A DNA stretch of 64,000 bases. Origin: Microcoleus sp. GTDB taxonomy: Bacteria > Cyanobacteriota > Cyanobacteriia > Cyanobacteriales > Microcoleaceae. How positions within the stretch are numbered: the stretch's first letter is position 1; each line of letters begins with the position of its first letter. The notes beneath the pieces were generated by a model. The model had not been told where the DNA came from. It worked only from the letters and a program-made list of their open reading frames with translations, and did not search any database. The stretch lies in assembly GCA_042408215.1 (NCBI GenBank), contig JAYFMW010000030.1:512001-576000 (forward strand), written 5' to 3'. Below, piece by piece: positions 49,100-59,195 of this stretch. The position numbers and the translations under genes are program-made.

Positions 49100-50444
49100 C
49101 AGGAAATTGGGTTTAAAACCCCGTCCTTTTAGGACGGCTTTAATTGTAAACCTTTGTTACGATACCAGCCAATCTTGTGCTGAAATATCTAGCATAAGGC
49201 AGGAGGTAAGGCGATGCTAGTTTTTGAGTTCAAAGCTTACGGAAAATCCAGTCAGATTGCAGCAGTAAATGAAGCGATTCGTACAGCACAATTTGTCCGC
49301 AATAGCTGTTTACGCTATTGGATGGACAACCCAAAAATAGATAAGTACGATTTAAACAAATATTGTGCTGTGCTGGCCAAGAATTTCCCGTTTGCCGACG
49401 AACTTAACTCTCAAGCTAGACAAGCTAGCGCTGAACGAGCCTGGTCTGCTATCTCCCGATTTTACGAGAACTGCAAAAAGTCAATTCCAGGTAAAAAAGG
49501 ATATCCACAATTTCAGAAAGACTGTCGCTCAGTTGAGTATAAATCAACTGGATGGAAACTTGCGGATGACAGAAAATCAATCAAATTCACCGACAAAAAA
49601 GGGATTGGTAAACTCAAATTAAAGGGAACACGGGATTTGCATTTCTATCAAATCGCCCAAATCAAACGGGTAAGATTGGTAAAACGTGCAGACGGCGTGT
49701 ATGTCCAATTCTGTGTCGATGTCGATCGAAAGGAAAACACAGAGCCTTCTGGAAATACCATTGGATTAGACGTAGGATTGAAAGAATATTACACTGATTC
49801 CAACGGAGTGATGGTTGAAAATCCGAGATGCCTCCGAACAGGTGAAAAAGTTCTCAGACGTTCTCATCGTCGTGTATCTAGGAAGGTAAAAGGTTCAAAA
49901 AATAGAGGCAAAGCTAGACAGATTTTAGGAAAACGCCATCTCAAAATAAGTAGGCAACGCCAAGACCATGCTGTGAAATTAGCGCGGTGCGTAGTTCAGT
50001 CAAACGACTTGATAGCTTACGAAGATTTGAGAATTAAAAATCTGGTGAGAAATAATTGTCTGGCTAAGTCAATTAACGATGCTTCTTGGTATCATTTCCG
50101 TATCTGGATTGAATATTTCGGTCAAGTATTTGAAAGAGTTACGGTGGCGGTAAATCCGCAATACACTAGCCAAGAATGCTCTAGCTGCGGTGCAATTGTG
50201 AAGAAAACGCTATCCACTAGGACGCACGTTTGCAAGTGTGGATGCACTCTTGACAGGGATGAAAACGCAGCTAGAAATATCCTGAGTCGAGGATTGAGTA
50301 CGGTAGGGATACGGTCACTTTCGGACTAGATCCGAGCAACGCTTTGGGAGAATTGACCTCTACTCTGATTGGAGAAATCCTGTCCGCAGCACGTTAGCTC
50401 TACGAACAAAGAATCCCCACGCCTTGATAGCTGGGGAGTGTCAA
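49100..50444 (+). mobile_element. IS200/IS605-family (IS1341-type, TnpB-only) element
   Basis: TTAT|CAGGAAATTGGG left end with CCGTCCTTTTAGGACGG hairpin; right end GAATCCCCACGCC...GGGGAGTGTCAA. Confidence 0.8.
49214..50329 (+). CDS. tnpB: RNA-guided endonuclease TnpB
   Basis: GLDVGL, AYEDL, DRDENAA; CSSC...CKC; AGGAGG RBS. Confidence 0.92.
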   Translation: MLVFEFKAYGKSSQIAAVNEAIRTAQFVRNSCLRYWMDNPKIDKYDLNKYCAVLAKNFPFADELNSQARQASAERAWSAISRFYENCKKSIPGKKGYPQFQKDCRSVEYKSTGWKLADDRKSIKFTDKKGIGKLKLKGTRDLHFYQIAQIKRVRLVKRADGVYVQFCVDVDRKENTEPSGNTIGLDVGLKEYYTDSNGVMVENPRCLRTGEKVLRRSHRRVSRKVKGSKNRGKARQILGKRHLKISRQRQDHAVKLARCVVQSNDLIAYEDLRIKNLVRNNCLAKSINDASWYHFRIWIEYFGQVFERVTVAVNPQYTSQECSSCGAIVKKTLSTRTHVCKCGCTLDRDENAARNILSRGLSTVGIRSLSD

Positions 50445-50674
50445 ATAAAGTTTGTTACGAATAGTTAAAGATTCTATTCGATAATTTTTACATCTTGCAC
50501 TATTCTCAACTATCTAGAATTTGAAGTTAGGATTTGTGCGATCGTGACAACTTCTGTCACAGTCAACAGCACGCGCTCTCTCTAAACATAGATTTTTCGC
50601 GATCGGCGCCAGCCCTAACAATTTTCAAGTCGAGTAAGTGCCCAAAGCTATTAATTACCACGAGGAAATCGAGA

Positions 50675-51460
50675 TTGGACGATACATATCAAACATACGT
50701 GAATAGGGTAGCGCGCATGACGCTGCTGGACTCCTACAAGTCCCAGGTAGAACACATTCAGGAATCTACCAAGTTTAAACCAGACGAAGCCGGTGTCAGA
50801 GTTCCTGTACCTTTTCCCGGCTATTCGGTGATTACGCCACCTGCGGCGGAAGATGTAGAAAATGCTGCACTTTATACTAACTTGCAGTCCTGCCAACAAC
50901 GGCTGTTGCACGAACTTAGTCCCGGCTCGATCGTGGCGCTACCACCTGATAGCTTCCATTTAACAGTGGCAGATTTAATTTGGAACAGCGCTTATCGAGA
51001 TGTCACCGCTCAAAATCCTGAATTTGAGGAGCAACTGCGATCGCAGATAGCTGATTGTTTCGTGGCCTCAAAACCAGCCCTGGTAAGTGGCTCCGAGATT
51101 CGCTGGATAGTTCTGGGCTTCATTGTGATGACGAGAGCTGTGGGTGTCTGTTTGGCACCGACCGATGAAAACGCTTACAAGCAAATTCTGGAGTTGCGCC
51201 GATCGATCTATCAAAATCCCGATTTAATTGCCTTGGGAATTGAACAGCAATATCATTTGACGGCGCACATTACTCTGGGCTATTTTGGGGACATCGGGCC
51301 AAACCTAGAACGAGAGCGCTTATGCTCTCTGGTAAATGAGTTAAACGATCAATGGCTAGACACGCCCCAAGAACTTGTCGTGCACCGAGCCGAACTGCGG
51401 AAGTTTGACGATATGATGAGCTACTATCGGGAACCAGACTGGCCTGTTTTGGAGTTTTGA
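50675..51460 (+). CDS. DUF1868-like 2H phosphoesterase
   Basis: Two HxT motifs (FHLTVAD, AHITLGY); FPGYSVIT; TTG start. Confidence 0.8.
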   Translation: MDDTYQTYVNRVARMTLLDSYKSQVEHIQESTKFKPDEAGVRVPVPFPGYSVITPPAAEDVENAALYTNLQSCQQRLLHELSPGSIVALPPDSFHLTVADLIWNSAYRDVTAQNPEFEEQLRSQIADCFVASKPALVSGSEIRWIVLGFIVMTRAVGVCLAPTDENAYKQILELRRSIYQNPDLIALGIEQQYHLTAHITLGYFGDIGPNLERERLCSLVNELNDQWLDTPQELVVHRAELRKFDDMMSYYREPDWPVLEF

Positions 51461-51832
51461 GCCGATCGTCGAAGGTAAGTTTTGAGTTGGAAGTTTTGAG
51501 TTTTGAGTTGACAAATTCACTGAACGAAAAACGGACAACTCAAAACAACCCGCAAAGGCATCGCCAAACCAAAGATTTCTGAGAAGAAACCGGATTTTTG
51601 AGTGTAAGTCTTAGGGTGGCAGATTAAATGGTTTAATTATTTTGGCTTGGCAACAAAGTCCTATCAATTCCGGTTGCACCGTCAGGTGATTGTTGACTGT
51701 TGACTGTTGACTGTTGACTGTTGACTCGGGGTCAAAAAACTGAATGATGGTTGACTGTTTAACTAAATAAAATTTTTGCTGGACTTTTCCGGATATTAAG
51801 GTATACTGGGGGAGTCTGTAGAAAGAATAACC

Positions 51833-52450
51833 ATGTCCGACAAATATGTCACACCAGCAGATGCGGCTAGAACTTTGGGAGTCAACGAACGAACCCTTAG
51901 ACGTTGGGAAGAGGACGGTAAAATCCCAGCGTTCCGAACACCAGGGGGCAAAAGACGTTACGACATCTCAGGATTTACAACTAAGTCTTTCCGCTCTACG
52001 ATCATCTACGCCCGCGTCTCAAGCCCCAAGCAAAGAGACGACTTACAGCGTCAATGTGAATATTTACAATCTAAATACCCTACAGCAGAAGTTGTCTCAG
52101 AAGTTGGCGGAGGACTCAATTACAAGCGGAAAAAGTTTCTCACCCTATTGGAACGAGTTATGTCAGGAGATGTCGAACGCATTGTTATCGCATACAAAGA
52201 CCGACTCGCCAGATTTGGGTTTGATTTCTTCGCTTGGCTCTGTGTCCAAAACTCTTGCGAAATCGTGGTTCTCAACCAAGTTGAATTATCTCCCGAACGC
52301 GAAATGGTTGAAGACATCCTTGCCATCCTCCATTGCTTCTCATCCAGATTGTATGGACTTAGAAAGTACAAGTCTGAAATCATTAAAGATCCGGATTTAC
52401 CCAGAGCCGAAACTCCATCAAATTTGGCAAAAATGGTTAGCAGCAACTAA
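51833..52450 (+). CDS. tnpA: IS607 serine-recombinase transposase TnpA
   Basis: MerR-like HTH (TLRRWE, RTPGGKRRY), YARVSS, DRLARFGF, FSSRLYG. Confidence 0.93.
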   Translation: MSDKYVTPADAARTLGVNERTLRRWEEDGKIPAFRTPGGKRRYDISGFTTKSFRSTIIYARVSSPKQRDDLQRQCEYLQSKYPTAEVVSEVGGGLNYKRKKFLTLLERVMSGDVERIVIAYKDRLARFGFDFFAWLCVQNSCEIVVLNQVELSPEREMVEDILAILHCFSSRLYGLRKYKSEIIKDPDLPRAETPSNLAKMVSSN

Positions 52451-53600
52451 ATATTGTTACAACCAATCAATTGTACACTTAAGGAAGCACGGTAAAGTAT
52501 CTAAATATGATTTAAGGAAACTAATTCTCAATCATGCACAGGATTGGGTTAAAGAATGTCCATACAATCCTAAAGGTGAAGCAGTTTTAGATGCTTATGA
52601 TGCTTTTGTTGAAAGCAGTAAGCACGGAACCAAACAAGCCGAAGCAGGTAGATTTAGGAGTTGGCGGGATAGTAAACGAGCGCTCAAATTTCAACCAAAA
52701 AATTACTCCAATGGCACTTGGTATTGCCATGAAACCAAGGATTTAAAGTTTAAAGCTTCTGAGACACTACCAACTTTAGACATTGAATATCAGGCCAAAC
52801 AAAAGGACAAATCCTTTAAACCTCGTATTCGCCAACAATCCTGGAATGCCTCAACTCAGCTCGTGTATGACAAGAAACGTTGGTTTGCCATATTTCCTGT
52901 TGAGTTTGAAAGAACCTACTCAGACCAAGAAACAATGATAGCGTTAGATCCTGGAGTTAGGTCTTTCTTGACTGGATTTGATGGTAGCAAGTTCGTTGAC
53001 ATTGGCAATAATGACATATCCAAAATATATAGGTTGTGTCGTTTTATTGATGGATTGATTTCTCATAAATCCCTGTTAAAAGGACGGAAAAATAAACGAC
53101 AACGCCACAGGAAGCAGCGTCAGATTGATAGTTTGTTGCTCCGTGTTCGCCACCTAATAGATGAGTGTCATAAAAAAGTAGCTAAATGGCTAACTACTGA
53201 ATATAGATTAATCTTCCTCCCGACTTTTGAGACTTCCCAAATGGTAGCCAAGAGTGGGGTCAAGCCGAGAAAGATTAATTCTAAGACGGTTCGCCAAATG
53301 CTGAATTGGTCACATTATCGTTTCAAACAAGTATTAAAATTCCAAGCCTTTAAGCGTGGTGCAACCCTGTTAGATGTTACGGAAGAGTTTACCTCGAAAA
53401 CTTGCACGAAATGCGGTCATATCCACGTTAAATTAGGTGGCTCTAAAAAGTTTAAATGTCCCAAATGTGGACACGGACTGCCTAGAGACTGGAATGGCGC
53501 TTTGGGGATTTTCTTCAAAGCATTGCGAGATATTGCCGGACTGGATGCGATTGTATTCAGTACGCTAGGCCCGGAAAAATCCTCAAGTATCCGGGTTTGA
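51846..53600 (+). CDS. tnpB: IS607-associated TnpB (Fanzor2-like RuvC); true start uncertain (latest likely ATG 52353)
   Basis: KIRIYP, ALDPGVRSF, LPTFET, CTKC...CPKC, PRDWNGA. Confidence 0.88.
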   Translation: MSHQQMRLELWESTNEPLDVGKRTVKSQRSEHQGAKDVTTSQDLQLSLSALRSSTPASQAPSKETTYSVNVNIYNLNTLQQKLSQKLAEDSITSGKSFSPYWNELCQEMSNALLSHTKTDSPDLGLISSLGSVSKTLAKSWFSTKLNYLPNAKWLKTSLPSSIASHPDCMDLESTSLKSLKIRIYPEPKLHQIWQKWLAATKYCYNQSIVHLRKHGKVSKYDLRKLILNHAQDWVKECPYNPKGEAVLDAYDAFVESSKHGTKQAEAGRFRSWRDSKRALKFQPKNYSNGTWYCHETKDLKFKASETLPTLDIEYQAKQKDKSFKPRIRQQSWNASTQLVYDKKRWFAIFPVEFERTYSDQETMIALDPGVRSFLTGFDGSKFVDIGNNDISKIYRLCRFIDGLISHKSLLKGRKNKRQRHRKQRQIDSLLLRVRHLIDECHKKVAKWLTTEYRLIFLPTFETSQMVAKSGVKPRKINSKTVRQMLNWSHYRFKQVLKFQAFKRGATLLDVTEEFTSKTCTKCGHIHVKLGGSKKFKCPKCGHGLPRDWNGALGIFFKALRDIAGLDAIVFSTLGPEKSSSIRV

Positions 53601-53716
53601 AGTATCTGTTAACTCGATTTTACAATTTTTATGCTAACGGATTTGAGATCAAGTAAAAAAAATATGAGAAATCAGGAAAAATTAGTAATTCTGATTTTTT
53701 GCTTTGAGCTGAAAAA

Positions 53717-55030
53717 GTGACAGTACACGTAGTTGGTATAGGTTTAGATGGAGCTGCTGGGCTGAGTGAGTCGGCGCGGCTGGTTGTAGAAATGGCCGCT
53801 CTATTAGTAGGGAGCGATCGGCATTTGAGCTATTTTCCCACCGCACCAGCAGAGCGCTGGGTGTTGTCAGATTTGACCGAGGCAATTCTGGAAATTCGGC
53901 GCTGGTTGGCTCCTGGAACCGATTTAGAGCCTGCTGCGGAGACGGTAGAATCCTCCCCTGGGCCCTCGGCTCAACTAATTGTGATTTTGGTGGCCGGCGA
54001 TCCCCTGTTCTACGGCTGGGGAAAGTTACTAATTGCCCAATTGCCGCCAGAAAAATTGACTTTTCACCCCCATGTCAGTTGTGTACAGTTGGCTTTTAAT
54101 CGCTTGAGAATCCCTTGGCAAGATGCTCATTGTATAGGAGCTCAAGGACGCTATTTTGAGGAGCTGACGGCGAAGCTGAAGGCTGGTGCGGAGAAGATTG
54201 CGGTGCTGGCGGACGAAAATCATACTCCGGCTGCACTGGCAAAGTTGGTGAAAGCTCTAGATTTGCCGACACGCTACGAGTTTTGGGTTTGCGAAAATTT
54301 GGGAGGGGCTGATGAACGGGTAAGCCGATCGCCTCTGGAAGCTTTGCTGAGAGAGTCTTTTGCACCGCTGAGCGTGGTGGTGATGCTGCGCTCGTCGCCG
54401 ATCGCGGCGGTCCCTTTGGATTTGACGAAATTGCCTTTGTTGGGAATACCGGATGCAGCTTTTATCGGTTGCGGCGATCGCCCGGGTTTGACGGTAGAAC
54501 GGGAAGTGCGGGTGCTGGTGTTGGCCCAATTGGCTCTACAACCGGGACAGGTTGTTTGGGATGTGGGTGCTGGAAATGGTTCTGTGTCGATCGAAATTGC
54601 TCGCTTGTTTCCTGATTCTCAGGTGTACGCGATCGAAAAAACGGTTTCTGGTACTTGTGCGATCGAACTTAACTTTAGCCGCTTTGGGGTTAAAAATGGG
54701 ACCTCGATTCACGGTAGCGCCCCGGAAATCTTGCACCGTTTGCGCCCCCCGCACCGGATTTTTATTGGGGGTAGTGGTGGCGGGTTAACTAAAATTTTGG
54801 GTGTTTGCGCTTTGCGGCTGTTACCTGGGGGTTCGATGGTCCTGGCTTTGGCTACTTTGGAACATATTGGCACTGTTTTGAGTTGGATGGACGATCGGGT
54901 GCGCCGGGAACCGCACTGGAGTTACCGGATTGTGCAGGTGCAGTTGTCGCGTTCTATACCTGTGGGTAATTTGACTGGTTTTGAGGCGCTGCATCCGATC
55001 GCGATTGTGACGATCGATCGGTTAGATTAA
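53717..55030 (+). CDS. cbiET: Precorrin-6Y C5,15-methyltransferase (CbiE-CbiT fusion, CobL)
   Basis: VHVVGIGLDG, GDPLFYG, CENLG; WDVGAGNGSVSIE, IFIGGSGG. Confidence 0.9.
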   Translation: MTVHVVGIGLDGAAGLSESARLVVEMAALLVGSDRHLSYFPTAPAERWVLSDLTEAILEIRRWLAPGTDLEPAAETVESSPGPSAQLIVILVAGDPLFYGWGKLLIAQLPPEKLTFHPHVSCVQLAFNRLRIPWQDAHCIGAQGRYFEELTAKLKAGAEKIAVLADENHTPAALAKLVKALDLPTRYEFWVCENLGGADERVSRSPLEALLRESFAPLSVVVMLRSSPIAAVPLDLTKLPLLGIPDAAFIGCGDRPGLTVEREVRVLVLAQLALQPGQVVWDVGAGNGSVSIEIARLFPDSQVYAIEKTVSGTCAIELNFSRFGVKNGTSIHGSAPEILHRLRPPHRIFIGGSGGGLTKILGVCALRLLPGGSMVLALATLEHIGTVLSWMDDRVRREPHWSYRIVQVQLSRSIPVGNLTGFEALHPIAIVTIDRLD

Positions 55031-55216
55031 TGTCGGAATTTTTACTGCAATTTAATGCAGGTTGATGGCTGTTTTATCTGTGTTTTTTTGTGGTTTCTGT
55101 TCTCGCTTAGTTGAATCTATTCTTTTTTTTTACCGCAGAGGGCGCAGAGGGCGCAGAGGAAGTGAGGAAGTGAGGAAGTGAATGGGTCTTTTTTCAGGGG
55201 TTTTGGGTATTATGTT

Positions 55217-56086
55217 TTAATTTTTTATTGACAAAAGCACGGCTGCTGTTGCTAGCAATAACAGGATTCCGGCTGCACCTGCTAGGGGTTTTTCTGCTAT
55301 TCCTGTAATCCATTCGGGTACGCTGGAAGTAGGCTTAATTGCGCCTTCTGTGTCTAAGGTAGTTATACCCCAAATCCAAGCTGCGTGAATGCCGATCGCT
55401 AATCCTAAACTGCCATTGTCTGCTATGCGACCTAGTGTTAATACCATCCCCATTAGCCATAATCCTGGTAGTTGAGGTAGGGTTTCTTTTGTTTCCCAAA
55501 TTAGGTGGGCGATGGCGAAAATTAAACTGGCGATCGCTGCTGCTATTAGCACTGAGTAATCTTGCTGGAGTATTGTTTGGAAGCAGCCACGAAAGATTAA
55601 CTCTTCTGTGCCGCTAATCCACAGTGCTAATAACAGAGTCAGGATACTAGAATGGCTCAGGATTAAGCGCCAAGGATTAATGATTTTTTCGCCTGTTTCG
55701 GTGGATTTTTCGCCCCTTTGTATCTCAATCCAGCCGGCGGTTAATTGCAGACTGAATAAAATTACTAAGCTGATTATTCCGATTCCTAATCCCCGCAGTA
55801 ATGACATCACAACTGCGGGTTCCCAATACCAACCCCAGTCAGCAAAAGATGTATTTTCGATCCTGGTTGTTACCCATAAAATCAGGGGGACAATCAGGTA
55901 GAGGGAACCGAGTAAAGGTAGTTTTTTGTTTCCCAAGGGTTGGGGTGGATGCCATTTGAGGGCGATCGCTAGCGCAATCGCTACGGGAAGCCACAAACCA
56001 ACCCAAGTTGAGAAAAACCAGATTATTTTGACAATTGCTGGTATTGACGGCGACAGCAGTCGCAGGTTAGTTATGTTATTCCACAT
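55217..56086 (-). CDS. CPBP (CAAX/Abi) intramembrane metalloprotease
   Basis: EELIFRG, FAIAH, AIGIHAAW. Confidence 0.88.
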   Translation of the reverse strand: MWNNITNLRLLSPSIPAIVKIIWFFSTWVGLWLPVAIALAIALKWHPPQPLGNKKLPLLGSLYLIVPLILWVTTRIENTSFADWGWYWEPAVVMSLLRGLGIGIISLVILFSLQLTAGWIEIQRGEKSTETGEKIINPWRLILSHSSILTLLLALWISGTEELIFRGCFQTILQQDYSVLIAAAIASLIFAIAHLIWETKETLPQLPGLWLMGMVLTLGRIADNGSLGLAIGIHAAWIWGITTLDTEGAIKPTSSVPEWITGIAEKPLAGAAGILLLLATAAVLLSIKN

Positions 56087-56306
56087 TTAACGGGTGGCGA
56101 TCGCCTCGCAACTAGAACAGATTATGGGACGATCGATCGTCAGTCCGATCGATTTCAACAAAAGTAACAACAAAGTATAACGATTTTGTTGTTACTTTTG
56201 ATCTCATGTCGGCATTCCTTCTTTGATCTCCGACATGACATGATTTATTAATTTATGTTCTACCCTTCGGCTACGCGAGCGGGCACCGCTTTTGATCGAG
56301 CAAGCT

Positions 56307-56738
56307 TTAATCCTCGGAATTATCGGCCTCTGCTTCTTCCAGCGAGCCATTATTTTCGTCCAAAGTGCGATCGCTATCCACTTGAATCAAGTGAATGTGC
56401 TTGTAGCCCAGCTTGATGTCAAACTTGTCTCCAGGTATTAACCCCATCGATTCGGTGTAAGTCGTACCTATCACAATTTGACCGTTTTTGTGGACTATGG
56501 CTCGATAAGTTGCTTCTCTACCTCGACCATCTTTCCTGCCTTCTTGACTTAAGGGAATACCCTTGGCCGCCAAGACTGCGTTGTAAAAACTGGTGAGATT
56601 AACGCGGATCTGTTGATTTTTTGTAGTCGAGTAATAGCCACAGAGCTTTGCGGTTTCTCGCCGGCGCAAGTGTTCGAGTTCTTTTACTTTTTGAAGCAGG
56701 GCTTTTCCTGTCAGTGGAGTTGTTGCAGTTTCTGTCAT
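56307..56738 (-). CDS. Cyanobacterial AbrB-like transcription regulator (cyAbrB/CalA-like)
   Basis: PLTGKALLQKVKEL, CGYY, GRGREATYR..VHKNGQIVIG, IKLGYKHIHL; start ATG 56738. Confidence 0.9.
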   Translation of the reverse strand: MTETATTPLTGKALLQKVKELEHLRRRETAKLCGYYSTTKNQQIRVNLTSFYNAVLAAKGIPLSQEGRKDGRGREATYRAIVHKNGQIVIGTTYTESMGLIPGDKFDIKLGYKHIHLIQVDSDRTLDENNGSLEEAEADNSED

Positions 56739-56974
56739 CAAACTTTTTTGTAGAATTATAAATAATATATACTTAATGTCACCTGTTTTACTAAAAATAT
56801 TTAAGTAGGTCGCTCTAATTAAACGTAATCGGGTATCTGGCTGTTCTTTTAGATCGCTCGGCGATTGAAATCCCCTACTACACATAGGACGTTCGCTCCA
56901 GCGCCGACTGCATAAAAGACGGGTAAGAAAAGCGGATTTGGTATGACAACTGACTAATAACTAATAACTAATGG

Positions 56975-58015
56975 CTACCGATCGAGCTGACGCTGAATTT
57001 GCCTCAAAGATTGGTACATTTCTGGGAGGCGGCTGTAGATGGCTGCGGCTTTCAGAAATAGTTTGTGGGGAATTGCCGGCACACCAGTCACGATCGCACC
57101 TGCGGGCACGTCACTGTGAATTCCCGCTTTGGCTGTGGCGATCGCCCCGTCTCCGATTTTGGCTTGATTAGCAATTCCCACTTGACCAGCCAAAATCACA
57201 TTATTGCCAATTTTGACCCCGCCAGCCATGCCAACATGAGCAGCAAAAGCGCAATTTTTCCCCACTTGACAGCCGTGACCTACCTGTACTAAATTGTCAA
57301 TCTTGGTATTTTGACCGATGCGGGTTTCTCCAACAGCAGGCCTGTCAATGGTGCTGTTGCAGCCCACCTCAACGCTCTCTTCCAATACCGTGCATCCAGA
57401 CTGCTCCATTTTTACCCACCCGGAGGCTGTCGGCACGAACCCGAAACCTTCGCTCCCGATCGCCGCACCACTGTGAATCACGCAATTTGCCCCGATGCGA
57501 GTACGTTCGTGAATCACACAGTTAGCGTGTAAAACAGTGCCGGGGCCTATTTCCGCATCTGGGTAAATTACCACATTTGGGTGAATGCAAACATTGTTGC
57601 CAATTTTGACTCCGGCTTGAATAACGACGTGGGGGCCGATATAGACATTTTCACCAATTTGTGCTTCGGGGTGAATGGTGGCTGCGGGATGAATTTCTGC
57701 TGCTGGGCGAAAGGGTTGATAAAAAAGGGCGATCGTGTGAGCAAATAACAGTCGCGGATCGGCTGCGGCTATCCAAGCTATATTGCGATCGTCACATTCA
57801 GCCTGGAGGCTTTCATCTAAGGGCAGAATTAACGCCGAAGCATTTGTCGAGGCTGTATGAGAGGCAAATTTAGCACCTTCTATGTAACTGATTGTCCCCG
57901 ATGGGGCTTCATCAACTGGGGCGGGCCCAGTAATTTCTGGATCGGTAGCAACCGACGCTGTGAGGCTGCGACTGCTGGCTAAATTAAGTTTTTTTACTAT
58001 TTCGCTAAACTTCAT
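56975..58015 (-). CDS. lpxD: UDP-3-O-(3-hydroxymyristoyl)glucosamine N-acyltransferase
   Basis: Hexapeptide repeats, GSEGFGF, IDR, KIDNLVQVGH. Confidence 0.95.
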   Translation of the reverse strand: MKFSEIVKKLNLASSRSLTASVATDPEITGPAPVDEAPSGTISYIEGAKFASHTASTNASALILPLDESLQAECDDRNIAWIAAADPRLLFAHTIALFYQPFRPAAEIHPAATIHPEAQIGENVYIGPHVVIQAGVKIGNNVCIHPNVVIYPDAEIGPGTVLHANCVIHERTRIGANCVIHSGAAIGSEGFGFVPTASGWVKMEQSGCTVLEESVEVGCNSTIDRPAVGETRIGQNTKIDNLVQVGHGCQVGKNCAFAAHVGMAGGVKIGNNVILAGQVGIANQAKIGDGAIATAKAGIHSDVPAGAIVTGVPAIPHKLFLKAAAIYSRLPEMYQSLRQIQRQLDR

Positions 58016-58111
58016 CTATAAAAATTCGCTATTAACAGAGATTCACCACTGTTAAAATTACCAGGTTTGGAGCACTATCTGAGCAGTTGGCATTAAAAAA
58101 ACAGTCCCACC

Positions 58112-58414
58112 CGACGAAAGAAACCGGGTTTTTCTTTAATCTGCGATGCTCCAAGGAAGTATTTTCGTAAAAAACCCGGTTTCTAGGGCCCCGCGATGAA
58201 AGAAACCGGGTTTTTCTTTAATCTGCGATGCTCTAAGGAAGTATTTTCGTAAAAAACCCGGTTTCTAGGGCCCCGCGACGAAAGAAACCGGGTTTTTCTT
58301 TAATCTGCGATGCTCCAAGGAAGTATTTTCGTAAAAAACCCGGTTTCTAGTTTTTCTTTAGTCTGCGATGCTCCAAGGAAGTATTTTCGTAAAAAACCCG
58401 GTTTCTAGGGCCCC
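58112..58414. repeat. 82-bp tandem repeat (~3.7 copies) of an AGAAACCGGGTTTTT...AAAAACCCGGTTTCT palindrome
   Basis: Unit starts at 58116, 58198 and 58280; near-identical interiors. Confidence 0.9.
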
Positions 58415-58493
58415 ATGTGTAAGTGCTACACAATAACAAGAGCCCCGACAACTTCTGCGAAGTCGGGGCTCTAACAGGAATTATTTTTGGCAG

Positions 58494-58808
58494 TTATTGG
58501 ACTGAAACTGCATCGACGTCAACGGTGCTGGTTTTAGCTTCAGAAGGGCTGTCGGTGGCTTGGGATGTTGAATTTGTCTGAGTCTGGCGGGATTTAAAAT
58601 AGTCGATCGACATTTGGGAAATTTCGGAAATCAGCAGCACTGCGATCGCCACATCGTCAATTTGTCCGACAACGGGTAGGAAATCGGGCGCAATGTCGAT
58701 CGGGCTTACCAGATATGCTAGGGTTCCGAGAATAATCCACCAGCGGTATTTGGGGTTGCGGATCGTGTCACGGTACCAATTGTAAACAGATTGTATTGAA
58801 AAGTTCAT
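58494..58808 (-). CDS. YkvA/DUF1232 family small membrane protein
   Basis: YLVSPIDIAPDFLPVVGQIDD. Confidence 0.9.
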   Translation of the reverse strand: MNFSIQSVYNWYRDTIRNPKYRWWIILGTLAYLVSPIDIAPDFLPVVGQIDDVAIAVLLISEISQMSIDYFKSRQTQTNSTSQATDSPSEAKTSTVDVDAVSVQ

Positions 58809-59195
58809 AAAAAAAGCTCGGTAAGTGGGAAACTCAGAGTCTTCAGACCTGAGAGGGAAACTTTCGCGTGGGGTTTTAACCGCCGTCAGTATTGGATCTG
58901 ACCTTTCCCTTTCAGGATTGGAGGGGTATGGTTCCCCCTCCGGTGAGGTATGGTTGCTTCGCTCTCCCTTTCGGGGTTATGTTAGCTTCGCCAAAGTTAA
59001 CTAGGCTTGTGAGGCTAAATGCACTGTTCCAGTGACCTTAGAACTGTTTAACAAGTAGCGACAGAGCATGGAACTAGCTTCGCATCCCAGGGTGTCTTGA
59101 CCTAATTAACGTAGCCATTTAAGACTTAGGCTGGTCAATACAGCTTGCTTGATTGCTCTTACAAGCTCAGTCCCGGAGCGGGCTGGGTTACTGAC
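58809..59195 (-). mobile_element. Non-autonomous IscB-type IS200/IS605 element (omegaRNA/HEARO, no ORF), copy 2
   Basis: Plus-strand junctions TTCAT|AAAAAAAGC...ACTGAC|GGC; homologous to 45027-45465. Confidence 0.82.
58967..59195 (-). ncRNA. HEARO/IscB omegaRNA scaffold, copy 2
   Basis: Same conserved blocks as copy 1, with compensatory stem changes. Confidence 0.78.

Larger units (their letters stand above)
51727..53607 (+). mobile_element. IS607-family element
   Basis: Serine-recombinase TnpA plus TnpB; removal restores the host repeat TTGA-CT-GTTAAC (CT core, no TSD). Confidence 0.85.

Noticed and set aside
58112..58414. Possible CRISPR array
   Set aside because: The 82-bp units have near-identical interiors, so there are no unique spacers; it is a tandem REP-like palindrome, and no cas genes are present
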